Below, in pieces: positions 24,176-38,007 of a stretch of DNA of 64,000 bases. A program made the position numbers and the translations under genes. Location: assembly GCA_030390025.1 (NCBI GenBank), contig CM059429.1, positions 71,114,001 through 71,178,000 on the forward strand. The letters are read 5' to 3'. Each line of letters starts with the position of its first letter. Position 1 is the first letter of the stretch. Below the pieces are notes generated by a model. That model did no database searches and was not told the DNA's origin. It saw nothing but the letters and a program-made list of their open reading frames with translations. The stretch is from Squalus acanthias (Eukaryota).

Positions 24176-27100
24176 ATGAATCATAGAATCATAGAAGATA
24201 GGAGCAGGAGTAGGCCATTCGGCCCCTCCAGCCTGCTCCGCCATTCAATGCGATCATGGCTGATCATCCAAATTCAGTACCTTGTCCCTGCTTTCTCCCC
24301 ATATCCCTTGATCCCTTTAGCCTTAAGAAATATATCCAACTCCTTCTTGAATCTATTTAATGAATTGGCCTCTACTGCCTTCTGTGGCAGAGAATTCCAC
24401 AGGTTCACCACTCTCTGGGTGAAGAAATTCCTCCTCATTTCTGTCCTAAATGGCTTACCCCTTATCCTTAGACTGTGACCCCTGGTTCTGGACTCCCCGA
24501 CCATCGGGAACATCCTTCCTGCATCTAGTTTGTCCTGTCCTGTCAGAATTTTATAAGTTTCAATGAGATCCCCTCTCATTCTTCTAAACTCCAGCGAGTA
24601 TAAGCCCAATCGACCCAATCTCTCTTCATACGTCATTCCTGCCATCCCAGGTATCAGCCTTGTGAATCTTCGCTGAACTCCTTCCATGGCAAGAACATCC
24701 TTCCTCAGATAAGGTAACCAAAACTGCACACAGTACTCAAGGTTGTAAGGGTTTTTTTGTCTCGGGCTTATTTGTAGGTCAGCCAGTTATGTTTTCCTGG
24801 ACTTGCCTGCCCGCTGTGCGGTTGCGAATTGCTATCTCCTTATTATTAGTTCTGAGCCCAGGACTTATCGAGCGGCGATAAGGACAAACGAACAGACCCA
24901 TGGATTGGTGCGAGGAAAACCAATGTTTATTTACAGAAGTAAAACTACAGAGAAACAGTATCATATGAAGACGGTTTTACACTTAGCATGGGAAGAGAAT
25001 GGACACATCAAGGGAAAATCCTAAAATTACAGTTTTAGCAATATCCCCATTAATCCCCACCCTTATGCCTAACTAAAATTGTCTTGTGACAGCCAGAAGA
25101 AAAGATAATGCTCACCGGTGAAATGGATGGAAAAACCTGGCCCTGTGCTCTGTTTCTGCCATCGACACGTGGCGTTTCTGGTAGTCTTCTTTCTGGGCTG
25201 CTGGCAGACAGAGCGAACCGGGTCCAGGCAGAGAGAGCGAGAAATGGCTGGGTCTTCCCAGTTATACCCCTCCCGGACGCCCTAATCTTCCTACCGATCA
25301 GCACATTTCTATTGTCTGATCTGGGCATGATGAATTTTAACAAAAGGTACTGGTCTCGGCCCATCATGTTAGATGGCCGGTAATGGTGTGATACCAGTTC
25401 TTCAACTGCCACCCTATTGTTCGACAGGTTGGATGATTGTCCAGAACAGTTCCGTTGATGGGCCCAGCCCCGTCTCAATGTCCCTGCCGATTACTTGAGC
25501 AAACACCTTGAAAGCCTTATGCATAGACCTGATTGTAATGCATAAGGAAAGGTCCTGTCCTGTTGCAGACATCGGAATACACAAGCTGATAGCTTCCCAG
25601 CGTCTGAAATGAAACTGCCAGGCTCTCGGTCACGAGGTCCGACCGCGGCCATTTTATGCCCTGGATTTTAAAACTCAGTCTGACCAGGGTTCCTTTATTA
25701 ATAAGTCCAACAACAAAAATCTTCGGGGGGGAACACATGAAATTTTGCGAATCCTTTCAAGGTGTGGTCTCACCAAGGCCCTGTACAACTGCAGCAAGAC
25801 ATCCTTGTTCCTGTACTCAAACCCTCTCGCTATGAAGGCCAACATACAATTTGCCTTCTAAACCGCCTGCTGCACCTGCATGCTTACCTTCAGCGACTGG
25901 TGCACAAGGACACCCAGGTCTCGTTGCACTTCCCCTTCTCCCAATCTATTGCCATTCAGATAATAATCTGCCTTTCTGTTTTTGACACCAAAGTGGATAA
26001 CCTTGCATTTATCCACGTTATATTGCATCTGCCACGCTTCTGCCCAATCACCCAACCTGTCCAAATCATCCTGGAGTTTCTCGGCATCCTCCTCGCAGCA
26101 CACACGCCCACCCAGTTTTGTGTCGTCTGCAAACTTGGAGATATTACATCTAGTTCCCTTGTCTAGATCATTAATATATATTGTGAATAGCTGGGGTCCA
26201 AGGACCGATCCCTGCGGTACCCCACTAGTCACTGCCTGCCACTCGGAAAAAGACCCGTTTATTGCAACTCTTTGCTTTCTGTCTGCCAACCAGTTCTCTA
26301 TCCAAGTCAATACCTTGCCCCCAATCCCATGTGCCTTAAATTTACACACTAATCTCTTATGTGGGACCTTATCAAAAGCCTTTTGGAAGTCCAAATACAC
26401 CACATCCACTGGTTCTCCCTTATCTATTTTACCAGTTACATCCTCAAAAAATTCCAGTAGATTAGTCAAGCATGATTTACCTTTTGTAAATCCATGTTGA
26501 CTTTGTCCGATCCTGTCACTGTTTTTCAAGTTTTTCATGGACTCTAGCATTTTCCCCACTACCGATCTCAGGCTTACCGGTCTGTAATTCCCCGCTTTCT
26601 CTCTACCACCCTTTTTGAATAGTGGGGTAACATTAGCTACCCTCCAATCCATGGGTACTGTTCCAGATTCCATCGAATGTTGGAAGATGACCAGCAATGC
26701 ATCTACTATTTCCAGGGCCACTTCCTTAAGTACCCTAGGATGTAGATTATCAGGCCCTGGGAATTTATCGGCCTTCAATCCCTTCAATTTCCCTAACACC
26801 ATTTCCCTACAAATACTGATTTCTTTCAGTTCCTCCCTTTCATCAGACCCTTTCCCAACATCTCTGGGAGGTTATTTGTGTCCTCCTTTGTGAAGACAGA
26901 ACCAAAATATGTATTTAATTGGCCTGACATTTCTTTGTTCCCCATTATAAGTTCCCCTGATTCTGACTGCAAGGGACCTATGCTTGATTTCACTAATCTT
27001 TTTCTCTTCACATATCTATAAAAGCTTTTACAGTCAGTTTTTTATGTTCCCTGCAAGCTTACTCTCGTATTCTATTTTCCCCTTCTTAATTAATCCCTTT

Positions 27101-28010
27101 GTCCTCCTTTGTTGAATCTTAAACTGCTCCCAATCCACAGGGTTACTGCTTTTTCTGGCCAATTTATATGCCCTCTCCTTGGATCTTATGCTATCCCTAA
27201 TTTCCCTTGTTAGCCATGGTTGAGTCACCCTTTTTGTTTTATTCTTATGCCAAACTGGGATGAACAAATTCTGTAGTTCGTCCATGCGGTCTTTGAATGT
27301 TTGCCATTGCCTATCCACCGTCAACCCTTTGAGTGACATTCCCCAATCAATCCTACCCAACTCGCACCTCATACCATCATAGTTTCCTTTATTTAAATTC
27401 AGGACCCTAGTCTCTGAGTCAACTACTTCACTCTCCATCCTAATGAAGAATTCTATCATATTATGATCGCTCCGACCCAAGGGGCCTCGCACAACAAGAT
27501 TGCCAATTAATCCTTTCTCATTGCATAATACCCAGTCTAAGATGGCCTGATCTCTGGTTGGTTCCTCGACATATTGGTCCAGGAAACCATCCCGTAAACA
27601 CTCCAGGAATTCCTCCTCCATAGTATTGTTACTAATTTGGTTAGCCTACTCTATATGTAGATTAAAGTCACCCATGATGACTGCTGTGCCCTTATTGCAC
27701 GCTTCTCTAATTTCCCTTTTAATGCCATCCCCAACCTTCGCATTACTGTTTGGAGGTCTGTATACAACTCCCACTAACGTTTTCTGCCCCTTGTTATTTC
27801 TCAGTTCAACCCATACAGATTCCACATCATCAGAGCTAATATCCTTCCTTTCAATTGTGTTAATCCCCTCTTTAACCAGCAATGCTACCCCACCTCCCTT
27901 TCCTTTTTGCCTATCTTTCCTGAATATTGAGTACCCCTGGATATTAAGTTCCCAGCCTTGGCCACCCTGGAGCCATGTTTCGGTAATCCCAATCAAATCA
28001 TATTCGTTTA
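24176..28010 (-). mobile_element. CR1 LINE ORF2 (endonuclease + RT, disrupted), interrupted by a solo LTR
   Basis: ORFs 27646-28095 (DLIGITETWL...GDFN), 27034-27621, 25858-26802 and 24274-24729. Tail atcatagaatcatagaa. Confidence 0.93.
24744..25759 (-). mobile_element. Solo LTR, 1016 bp, ERV- or Gypsy-like
   Basis: TG...CA ends with an inverted repeat TGTAAGG/CCTTTCA. 4-bp TSD AGGT. It cleanly splits the CR1 sequence. The - strand has AATAAA at ~24930 and a TATA-like motif at ~25265. Confidence 0.8.
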
Positions 28011-29129
28011 TGGAGTCTCCAAGGTCCAGAGGAGCTGAAAACAAATGTGGTATCAGGAGGAGTTCCCAAAGTATATGTCCTGCATTCAAAGACATTATTT
28101 TACTGTTGGGGCTTGCTCATAAGACACAAACGGTCACTGGAAAACTCTCAGGGAGGTAACTTTGCAAAGCAAGGAGATATCCTTTTATTGCAGAAAAACT
28201 GTAGGTCATAACTTTTGTGGGGCAGACAAATAACTTCACTGTACTTCATAAATGTTGAAAGATGTGCCGAGAACCAACACTGCCACCAGATAGTGCCCAC
28301 ACATAGCATTGGAATGGTGGAGTGTGGACTGGTCACAGGCCTTGGTGATCTGCCACTTTCTAACATCTGAATGACTTATGCGGGATTCCAAGAGTAGGCT
28401 GCTCACAAGCACCACGACTGGACGTGCACTGATGAGAGACGTTCCAATGTTGAACAGCTGCCCGGATTGGAGAAGATGGTCCTCGGCATTTTCGGTTTAA
28501 ATGGGATTTGACCCCCTTCCCTGCAGGGAACGATTTGCCCGGATCAGTTTTGTTAATTCCCTTCATAATCCTGTAAAGGACATACTAGTCTTGTGTTTCT
28601 TTAGTCATCAGGAGTGATTCACTTAGTCTTTTGGTAGGTGTGGTGATATTTTAATTCAGTATCATGAGGCTGGTTTCGAGTCAGGAGGAGTCCTGATTGG
28701 AAGCAGGGCTCTAAGCTAGTACTGTAGGCCAGTGCTATACATAAACCCCATTGTCTACATCGGAATCACTTCTGTCAGTCATATATATTGTTCTGAAATG
28801 AAGGAAGTGCTCCCAAATCTATCAGTGATATCTGACTTATAGCGAGAAATGTGAGTGAAATCTTTCAACATTCTAATTCCATGAATTATCAACACAAGGA
28901 ACTTAACAGAATGAATGATCACATCAAACAAACAAATGTTTTCAAAGCCAATTTTAGGTGTATTGCATTGAGTCCTCCTGTTTCTTTTTAAAAAGAGAAT
29001 GGCCTAGAAATTCGGTATCCCCCAAAAACGGGTGCGGGGATTGCGATGTGATAGCAACCTGCGCCCGTTCGGCGTACTGCAGGCAGCACGCAAAATTTGT
29101 GTTGTCTGCTAATTTACATGATTGTAGCA

Positions 29130-31853
29130 TTCAAGGGAGGTGGGGTGGCTATGTTAATAAAGGATGGAATCACTGCAATAGTGAGAAATGATATTGGGTC
29201 AAAGGATCAGGATAGTGAAACAGTTTGGGTGGAGATAAGGAATAATAAGGGGAAAAAGTCACTAGTGAGCGTAGTCTATAGGCCTCCTAACAGTTGTAAC
29301 TCTATTGGTCGGAGTATAAATCAGGAAATAGTTGGGGCTTGTAATAAGGGAACAGCTATAATCATGGGAGATTTTAACTTTCATATTGACTGGACAAATC
29401 AAATTGGGCAGGGCAGCCTTGAGGAAGAGTTCATAGAGTGCATTAGGGACGGGTTCCTTGAGCAGTATGTTACTGAACCAACCAGGGGGCAGGCAATCTT
29501 AGATCTGGTCCTGTGTAATGAGACAGGATTAATAAAAAATGTCCTAGTAAAGGATCCCCTTGGAATGAGTGACCATAACATGGTTGGATTCCAAATTCAG
29601 TTGGAGGGTGAGAGAGTTGGATCTCAAACCAGCGTACTAAGCTTAAATAAAGGAGACTATGAAGGTATGAGAGCAGAGTTGACTAAAGTGGACTGGGAAA
29701 ATAGATTAAGGTGTAAGACGGTACAGGAGCAGTGGTGTACATTCAAGGAGGTATTTCACAACTTTCAAGAAAAATATATTCCACTGAGGAAAAAGGGGCG
29801 TAAAAGAAAAGACAGCCATCCGTGGCTAAGTAAAGTAATAAAGGATAGTATCTGACTGAAAACAAGGGAATATAAAGTAGCCAAATCTAGTGGGAGGATA
29901 GAAGATTGGGAAGCATTTAAAAGACAGCAAAGAATAACTAAAAGATTAATTAAGAAGGGGAAGATAGATTATGAAAGTAAACTAGAAAAAAATATAAAAA
30001 CAGATAGCAAGAGTTTCTACAGTTATATAAAAAGAAAAAGGGTGGCTAAAGTGAATGTTGGTCCCTTAGAGGACGAGACCGGGAAATTAGTAGTGGGGAA
30101 CACGGAGATGGCAAATACGCTGAACAAATATTTTGTATCAGTCTTTACAGTAGAGGATACTAAAAATATCCCAACACTGGACAAACAAGGGGCTATGGGG
30201 GGGGGGAGGAGCTAAACACGATTAAAATCACTAAGGAGATGGTACTCGGTAAGATAATGGGACTTAAGGCGGATAAATCCCCTGGACCTGATGGCTTACA
30301 TCCTAGGGTCTTGAGAGAAGCAGCGGTAGGGATTGCGGATGCATTGGTGGTAATTTTCCAAAACTCCCTGGATTCGGGAAAGGTCCCAGCAGATTGGAAA
30401 ACTGCTAATGTAACGCCCTTATTTAAAAAGGGAGGTAGACAAAAGGCTGGAAACTATAGACCAGTTAGCCTAACATCTGTGGTTGGTAAAATGTTGGAGT
30501 CCATTATTAAGGAAGCAGTAACAGGACATTTGGATAAGCATAATTTAATCGGACAGAGTCAGCATGGTTTTATGAAGGGGAAATCATGCTTGACAAATTT
30601 GCTCGAATTCTTTGAGGACGTAACAAACAGGGTGGATAAAGGGGAACCAGTGGATGTGGTGTATTTGGACTTCCAAAAGGCATTTGATAAGGTGCCACAC
30701 AAAAGATTACTGCACAAGATAAAAAATCACGGGATTGGGGGTAATATACTGGCATGGGTGGAAGATTGGCTATCTAACAGAAAACAGAGTGTTGGGATAA
30801 ATGGTTCATTCTCGGGTTGGCAATCAGTAACTAGTGGTGTTCTGCAAGGGTCAGTGCTGGGACCCCAACTCTTTACAATCTATATTAACGACTTGGAGGA
30901 GGGGACCAAGTGCAACGTATCCAAGTTTGCTGACGATACAAAGAGTGAGGAGGACATAAAAAACCTGCAAAAGGACATAGACAGGCTAAGTGTGTGGGCG
31001 GAAATTTGGCAGATGGAATATAATGTTGGAAAGTGTGAGGTTATGCACTTTGGCAGAAAAAATCAAAGTGCAAGTTATTGTCTAAATGGAAAGAAACTGC
31101 AAAGTGCTACAGTACAAAGGGATCTGGGGGTCCTGGTGCATGAAACACAGAAGGTTAGTATGCAGGTACAGCAGGTGATCAGGAAGGCCAATGGAATCTT
31201 GGCTTTTATTGCAAGGGGGATGGAGTATAAAAGCAGGGAAGTCTTGCTTCAGTTATAGAAGGTACTGGCGAGGCCACACCTGGAATACTGCGTACAGTTT
31301 TGGTTTCCATATTTAAGAAAAGATATACTTGCTCTCGAGGCAGTTCAGAGAAGGTTCACTCGGTTGATTCCGGAGATGAAGGGGTTGACTTATGAGGAAA
31401 GGTTGAGTAGGTTGGGCCTCTACTCATTGGAATTCAGAAGAATGAGAGGCGATCTTATCGAAACATATAAGATTGTGAGGGGGCTTGATTGGGTGGAGGC
31501 GGGGAGGATGTTTCCACTGATGGGTGAGACTAGAACTAGGGGGCATAATCTTAGAATAAGGGGCTGCCGTTTCAAAACTGAGATGAGGAGAAACTTCTTC
31601 ACTCAGAGGGTAATAAATCTATGGAATTTGCTACCTCCGAGAGCTGTGGAAGCTGCGACATTAAATAAATTTAAAACGGAGATAGACAGTTTCCTAGCTG
31701 ATAAGGGAATTAAGGGTTATGGGGAGCGGGCAGGGAAGTGGACATGAGTCTAGGTTCGGATCAGCCATGATCCTATTGAATGGCGGAGCAGGCACGAGGG
31801 GCCATATGGCCTACTCCTGCTCCTACTTCTTATGTTCTTATGTTCTTATGTTC
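29130..31853 (+). mobile_element. CR1 LINE ORF2 (partial endonuclease + RT, several stops)
   Basis: ORFs 29097-29855, 30239-31258 and 31364-31747. (cttatgtt)n tail. Confidence 0.93.
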
Positions 31854-31859
31854 AGCCTG

Positions 31860-32960
31860 TTGAGCCAGGTTTGCAATCAATGAGATCATGACTGATCTGT
31901 ATCCTAACTCCACCCACCCACCTTGACGCCATATCCCTTAATAACCTTGGTTCGCAAAAATCTATTAATCTCAGATGTAAAATGATTAATTGAGCTAGCA
32001 TCTACTGCTTTTTGTGGGAGAGAGTTCCACACTTCTCCCACCGTTTGCGTGAGGAAGTGTTTCCTAACTTCTCTCCTGAATGGCCTGGCTCTGATTTTAA
32101 AGTTATTGCCCCTTCTCCTAGACTCCTCCACCAGCAGAAAAAGTTTTTCTCTATCTATCCTATCAATTCCTTTCAAACCCCTAAAACCTCACTCAAATCA
32201 CCCCTTAACCATCTATACTCCAGGGAATACAGGCCTACTTTGTGTAATCTCACCTCAGAATTACACCATTGCAGCCCTGGTAATCTGCTGAATCTGCGCT
32301 GCACTCCTTCCAAGGCTAATATATGCAGTGCCCAAAACTGTACACAGTAATCCAGATGTGGTCTAATCAGGGCTTTGTGTAGCTGCAGCAAAACTTCCTC
32401 CCCTTTATATTCTCGCCCTCTCGATATAAAGGCTAACATTCCATTAGCCTTGTTGATTATTTTTTTACCTGAACACTTCATTTTAGTGATCTGTGTACAT
32501 GGATCCCTAAAGCTCTTTGGACCTCCACCATTCTTAGATTTTCATCTTTTGAAAAATACTTGGATCAATGTTCCCTTCAAGCTGCGCAGCCACGCAGCGT
32601 TCTGGAGGTCCCGCGCAGCCGGCTCACCGGCTTTTAAAGGGAAAAACCGAGCAGGCGTGGAATTTTGAATGTTCCCACTAATTTTCTTTGGGCCGTGCTG
32701 CCTGTTAAAGGGGCCGCGCGGTCGATAAAAACATAAGAGGCAACATTGACTTGGATCTATCCATTTTTGGTCCAAAATGGAATACCTCACACTTACCTGC
32801 GTTGAAATGTATCTGCCACAGTTTTGTCCACTCACTTCATGTATCAACGTTTCTTTGTAATGATATGCTCCCGTCTACACTACTTACTATGCCAGCAATC
32901 TTTGTGTCATTGGCAAACTTGGATATATGGCTCTCTATTGTTCTATCTAAGTCATTAGGA
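31860..32960 (-). mobile_element. Older CR1 3' fragment carrying a hAT MITE
   Basis: ORFs 31904-32176 and 32173-32481 resemble the CR1 RT C-terminus. Confidence 0.75.
32566..32748. mobile_element. hAT-type MITE, 183 bp
   Basis: TIRs CAATGTTCCC / GGCAACATTG and a perfect 8-bp TSD ACTTGGAT at 32558-32565 and 32749-32756. Confidence 0.85.
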
Positions 32961-32989
32961 AATATAGTAAGAGAGTTATAGGTTCAGGA

Positions 32990-33795
32990 AAGCAATCAGT
33001 GGAGACTGATTAGAATTGAGGAATAAGGGAGGACTTAAAACTGTAATGGGAGTTGTCTACAGGCCTCTTGATAGCAGCAACAAAGTGGCAGAATTCGGAG
33101 ATTAGAGAGGCCTGTAGCAAAAGCCAAGTTGTTTTAATAGGCGACTTTAATTTTTATATAGATTGGGAAGAGCAGAGTAGCTCAAGTCAGAAAAGTAGTG
33201 AATTTTTTGAGTACATTCAAAATAGTTTTCTGGGGCAATATGTTCTCCAGTGACTACACTCCAAAAGTACTTAATTGGCTGTAAAGCGCTTTGAGACGTC
33301 TGGTGGTCGTGAAAGGCGCTATATAAATGCAAGTCTTTCTTTTTTTAAAAACCCAACAACAGTGCAGGACATACTAGATTTTGCAATGAGTAATGAGCCA
33401 GACATAGTTAATAATCTAAGAGTAAGGGAACAGTTATCTAACAGTGATCATGATATCATCGAATTCAATGTTAGGTTTGAAAAGGAGAAATTTAACAGTT
33501 AGTAGAGTCTAGATTTTGGTCAGGCTCTCTTTAATGGAGTGAGAATGAGACTGACGACAGCAAAATGGTCAAAACTGTTATCGGGTAAAACTACAGATGA
33601 ACAGAGGGAGCTGTTCCAAAAAGAATTGAGCTTAATACAGGACAATATACACCCTTAAGGCAAAAGAGATCCACTTAACAAATAAAACAGCCGTGGTCGA
33701 CAAAAGAGGCGAGAAATAACATAAAACTAAAGGAAAGAGCACATAAAATTGCAAAGAACAGTGTAGATCCAGGGAGTGGGATAGATATAAACAAT
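32990..33795 (+). mobile_element. Degenerate CR1 endonuclease fragment with an inserted SINE tail (~33250-33345)
   Basis: Motifs IREACSKSQVVLIGDFN and SDHDIIEF. Confidence 0.7.
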
Positions 33796-34320
33796 TTGGG
33801 AGGCGACAACACGTTCAAGGACTTTGGAGAGGAAAATGAGGTTACAGATGGGGCAGTAGTTTGCAAGGACTGTGGGGTCAAGGGTTGGTTTTTTGAGGGG
33901 TAATGATGGCAGATTTGAAGGAGAGGGGAACAGTACCTGAGGAAAGAGAACTGTTAACAATATCAGCTAACATGGGAGCCAGGAAAGGAAGTTGGGTGGT
34001 CAGCAGTTTAGTGGGAATAGGGTCGAGGGAGCAGGAAGTGGGTCTCATGGACAAGATGAGCTCGGAGAGGGCTGGAGGAGAGATCGGAGAGAAACTAGAG
34101 AAAGATGTGAGTTCAGGGCTAGGGTAGGGGGGAACCTTAAAGGAAGTTTGAGCTGGTGGGCTGGGGAAGGGAGGGATGTGGCAGAGGCAGTTGATCGGAT
34201 GGTCTCAATCTTTGTGACAAAGAAGTCCATGAGCTCCTCTTACTTGTTGTTGGAGGTGAGGGTGCAGGAGACAGGAGACAGGGGTTTAAGAAAACGGTTT
34301 GCAGTAGAGAAAAGAAGAAG
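33795..34320 (-). mobile_element. L2 LINE RT fragment
   Basis: LKKPTLDPTVLANYCPICNLIFLSKVLERVVASQ and FFVTKIETIRS are typical of the L2 clade. Confidence 0.7.
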
Positions 34321-34635
34321 GAGATGACAGTGAAGAAGCAGAAGAAACATCATCACTCGATTTCACACTCCCAGCCACCAGCTCAGATACTGACACTCCG
34401 CGTACTTTAGGGAATAGGTTAGACGCGGGATCTGCATGCGGTGAGACACTGGGCACAAGTGGGCTGCAGCCAGGGCAGGGGGAAAGGGTAACGCAGGTGC
34501 CAGCTCCCCGGAGGGCGAGGTCACACACGAGTTTTGCTGCACAGGACTCCGGTGACGACGTTGATGGGGCAGCCTACAGAAGAACGCTGAAGGGTATGCA
34601 CAATGAAATGGCTGGTGCATTGGCAGGCCTGCCAG

Positions 34636-36080
34636 AATTTATTTAAGAAAGGAGGGAGACAGAAAGCAGGAAACTATAGACCAGTTAGCCTAACATCTGT
34701 CGTTGGGAAAATGCTGGAGTCCTTCATTAAGGAAGCAGTAGCAGGGCATTTGGAAAATCATAATGCAGTCAAGCAGAGTCAGCATGGTTTTATGAAAGGG
34801 AAATCATGTTTAACAAACTTGCTGGAGTTCTTTGAGGAGGTAACGAGCAGGGTGGACAAAGGTGAACCAGTGGATGTGGTGTATTTAGATTTCCAGAAGG
34901 CATTCGATAAGGTGCCACATAAAAGGTTACTGCATAAGATAAGAGCTCACGGAATTGGGGGTAATATATTAGCATGGATAGAGAATTGGCTAACTAACAG
35001 AAAGCAGAGAGTTGGAATAAATGGGTCATTTTCCGGTTGGCAAACGGTAACTAGTGGGGTGCCACAGGGATCAGTGCTGGGGCCTCAACTATTTACAATC
35101 TACATTAATGACTTGGATGAAAGGACCGAGTGTAATGTAGCCAAGTTTGCGGATGATACAAAGATGGGTGGGAATGCAAGTTGTGCAGAGGAGTCAAAGA
35201 ACCTGCAAAGGGATATAGACAGGCTAAGTGAGTGGGCAAACATTTGGCAGATGGAGTATAATGTGGGAAAGTGCGAGGTTATACACTTTGGCAGGAAAAA
35301 TAAAACAGCAAATTATTATTTAAATGGAGAGAGATTACAAAATGCTACAGTTCAGAGGGACCTGGGGGTCCTTGTGCATGAAACACAAAAAGTTAGCATG
35401 CAAGTACAGCAAGTAATCAAAAAGGCAAATGGAATGTTGGCCTTTATTTCAAGGGGGTTGGAGTATAAAAGCAGGGAAGTCCTGCTACAACTGTACAGGG
35501 TATTGGTGAGGCCACACCTTGAGTACTATGTACAGTTTTTGTCTCCTTATTTAAGGAAGGATATACTTGCATTGGAGGCAGTTCAGAGACGATTCACTAG
35601 GTTAATTCCAGAGATGAGGGGGGTTGACTTATGAGGAAAGGTTGAGCAGGCTGGGCCTATACTCATTGGAATTTAGAAGAATGAGAGGTGACCTGATTGA
35701 AACATATAAGATACTGAGGGGGCACGACAAGGTAAATGCAGAGAGGATGTTTCCCCTCGTGGGGAAATCTAGAACACGGGGGCACAGTTTTAGAATAAAG
35801 GGTTGCCCTTTTAGAACTGAGATGAGGAGGAATTTCTTCTCTCAGAGGGTCGTAAATCTGTGGAATTCTCTGCCCCAGAGAGCCATGGAGGCTGAGTCAT
35901 TAAATACATTTAAAGTGGAGATAGACAAATTTTTGCAAGATAAGGGAGTGAAGGGTTATGGGGAGCGGGTGGGGAAGTGGCTTTGAGCCCAAGATCAGCC
36001 ATGATCTTATTGAATGGCGGAGCAGGCTCGAGGGGCCAAGTGGCCTATTCCTGCTCCTATTTCTTATGTTCTTATGTTAT
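34636..36080 (+). mobile_element. CR1 LINE RT and 3' end
   Basis: ORFs 34603-35634 and 35624-35986 joined by one frameshift. CR1 tail. Confidence 0.92.
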
Positions 36081-36084
36081 TATC

Positions 36085-37578
36085 GCTATTAGATAAATGT
36101 TCATGCACCGTTAGGCAAGTAACTAAATTTGGCTCATTTCTCATTACTAAATCTAATATGGCATGCCCTCCTGTTGGTTCTCGGACATATTGCTGCAGAA
36201 AACTATCCCAGACACATTCAAGAAATTCACTACCTTTCTGACATGTGATAGTCTATATGAAAGCTAAAACCTCCCATTAAAACCACTCTGTCTTTACTGC
36301 ATACTTGTCTAATCTCTGCATTTATACAATCTACCACTTCACAGCTGCTACCAGAGGGCTGATACACAACTCCCACTACAATCTTAAATATTTCTTAATT
36401 CTACCCATAAAGTCTCCACTGCCTGCTTACCTCTCGTTATATCCTCTCTTATCATTGAAGGCTAGTCCTCCCTCTCTACCATGTTCCCTATCTTTCCTGT
36501 AGACCTTATAACCTGGTATATTTAGTTCCCAGTCCTGACCGTCTTGCAGCCATGTCTCAGTAATGGCTACCATGTAATACCCTCCAAGTTGAATTTGCGC
36601 CTGTAGTTCATTCAATTTGTTCCTTATACTCCGTGTGTTTGTATAAAGAACGCTTATTTGGGCGACACACCCATACCTGTCCTTCAGCTTTAATGTTTTA
36701 CTTACATGTTTCTGATTTCTATCTCCTGGTTTAATCACTTTTCATCTTTTAGTTTTCCCTTCACCTGTAGTGCCTAAAGCATAATTTCTGACTGTTGCTC
36801 TACTCTCTTCCCTGTCATTTGCTTTTGAACTATTATTTATACTACATTTTCCACCTGAGCCCTCCCCCCATTTACTAGCTTAAAGTCCTTATGACCGCCC
36901 TATTTATTTTTTCCGCGAGGACCCTGGTCCCAGTCCGTCTCAGCGGTACAGTTCCTTCCTGTCCCAATATTGGTGCCAGTGTCCCAGGAAATGGAACCCC
37001 TCTTTTCCACACCACTCCTTCAGCCATGTGTTCACCTCCCTAATCTGCTTATCCCTACGCCAATTTGCATGTGGCTCAGGTAATAAACCAGAGATTATAA
37101 CCCTTGAGATACTGTTTTTTAATTTAGCTCCGAGTTCCTGGTACTCTCCAAACTGGACCTCTTGCCTACTGTTCCCTATATTGTTGGTCACAACATGGAC
37201 CACAATGACTGGATCCACCCCCTCCCTCTCCAATATCCTTTCAATCCGGTTCGAGATGTCCCTCACTCTGGCACCAGGTAGGCAAAATACCTTGTGGGAC
37301 TCTTGATCCTGCTTACAAAGGATGCTATCTGTCCCCCTAATTATTGAATCCCCTACAACTACCATATTACGCTTCCCCTCCTCCTCCTCCTCCTCCCCCC
37401 TTTGGACAGCCTCCTGCTCCAAGGTGCAATAGTCTGCATTCTGGCTGTCCTTCCGACAGTCTTCATCCTTATCCTCACAGGTAGCTAGTACATTGTGCCT
37501 GTTGAATAGGATCAGTTTCTGCAGATCCTCGATCTCTATCTCACCTGGGTTCCCCTTACTCTGCACACTATCAGTCAC
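36085..37578 (-). mobile_element. CR1 5' portion: ORF1 SGNH-esterase domain and the start of the ORF2 endonuclease
   Basis: ORF 36940-37578 VVVGDSIIRG...CLPGARVRDI...VHVVTNNIG...IISGLLP. ORF 36427-36738 YTNTRSIRNK...ITETWL. Confidence 0.85.
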
Positions 37579-38007
37579 ACCAACCCCGTTCTGAACCTAC
37601 ATGCACCATTATGTGCTTCTGCATAATCAATATATTACGGACATGTGATATAGTATACTGTGCAAATAATAGAATATATCATTAATATGATTTATACCAG
37701 TTGGTCTGTACATCCATCTGAAGTTCCAATGCCTTCCAGGTTATCCCTCCCAAATAGCCCAACAATTGCTTCTTCATGCTGGCATAGTGGGTTCATAACA
37801 TTGTGCTGTGGTACGGAATTATACAGAGCAGAAGGTTCCCAGGTTCACTCCCTGGTCTGTACTGGGTGAGCTGATATCTGCTGGGGTGATAGTAGGAACA
37901 ATGCAATTATCCTTAGCGCCCCTAGGCTTGAAAGGAAAGTGCATATCTGTGGACATTGGCTGAGGACAGTGTCTTGGTCATGACGCCCCTTATGGTCATA
38001 TTGCCTG

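Noticed and set aside
36940-37578. SGNH hydrolase ORF as a host or horizontally acquired gene
   Set aside because: It lies directly upstream of a CR1 endonuclease fragment, and esterase-type ORF1 is known in CR1 elements.
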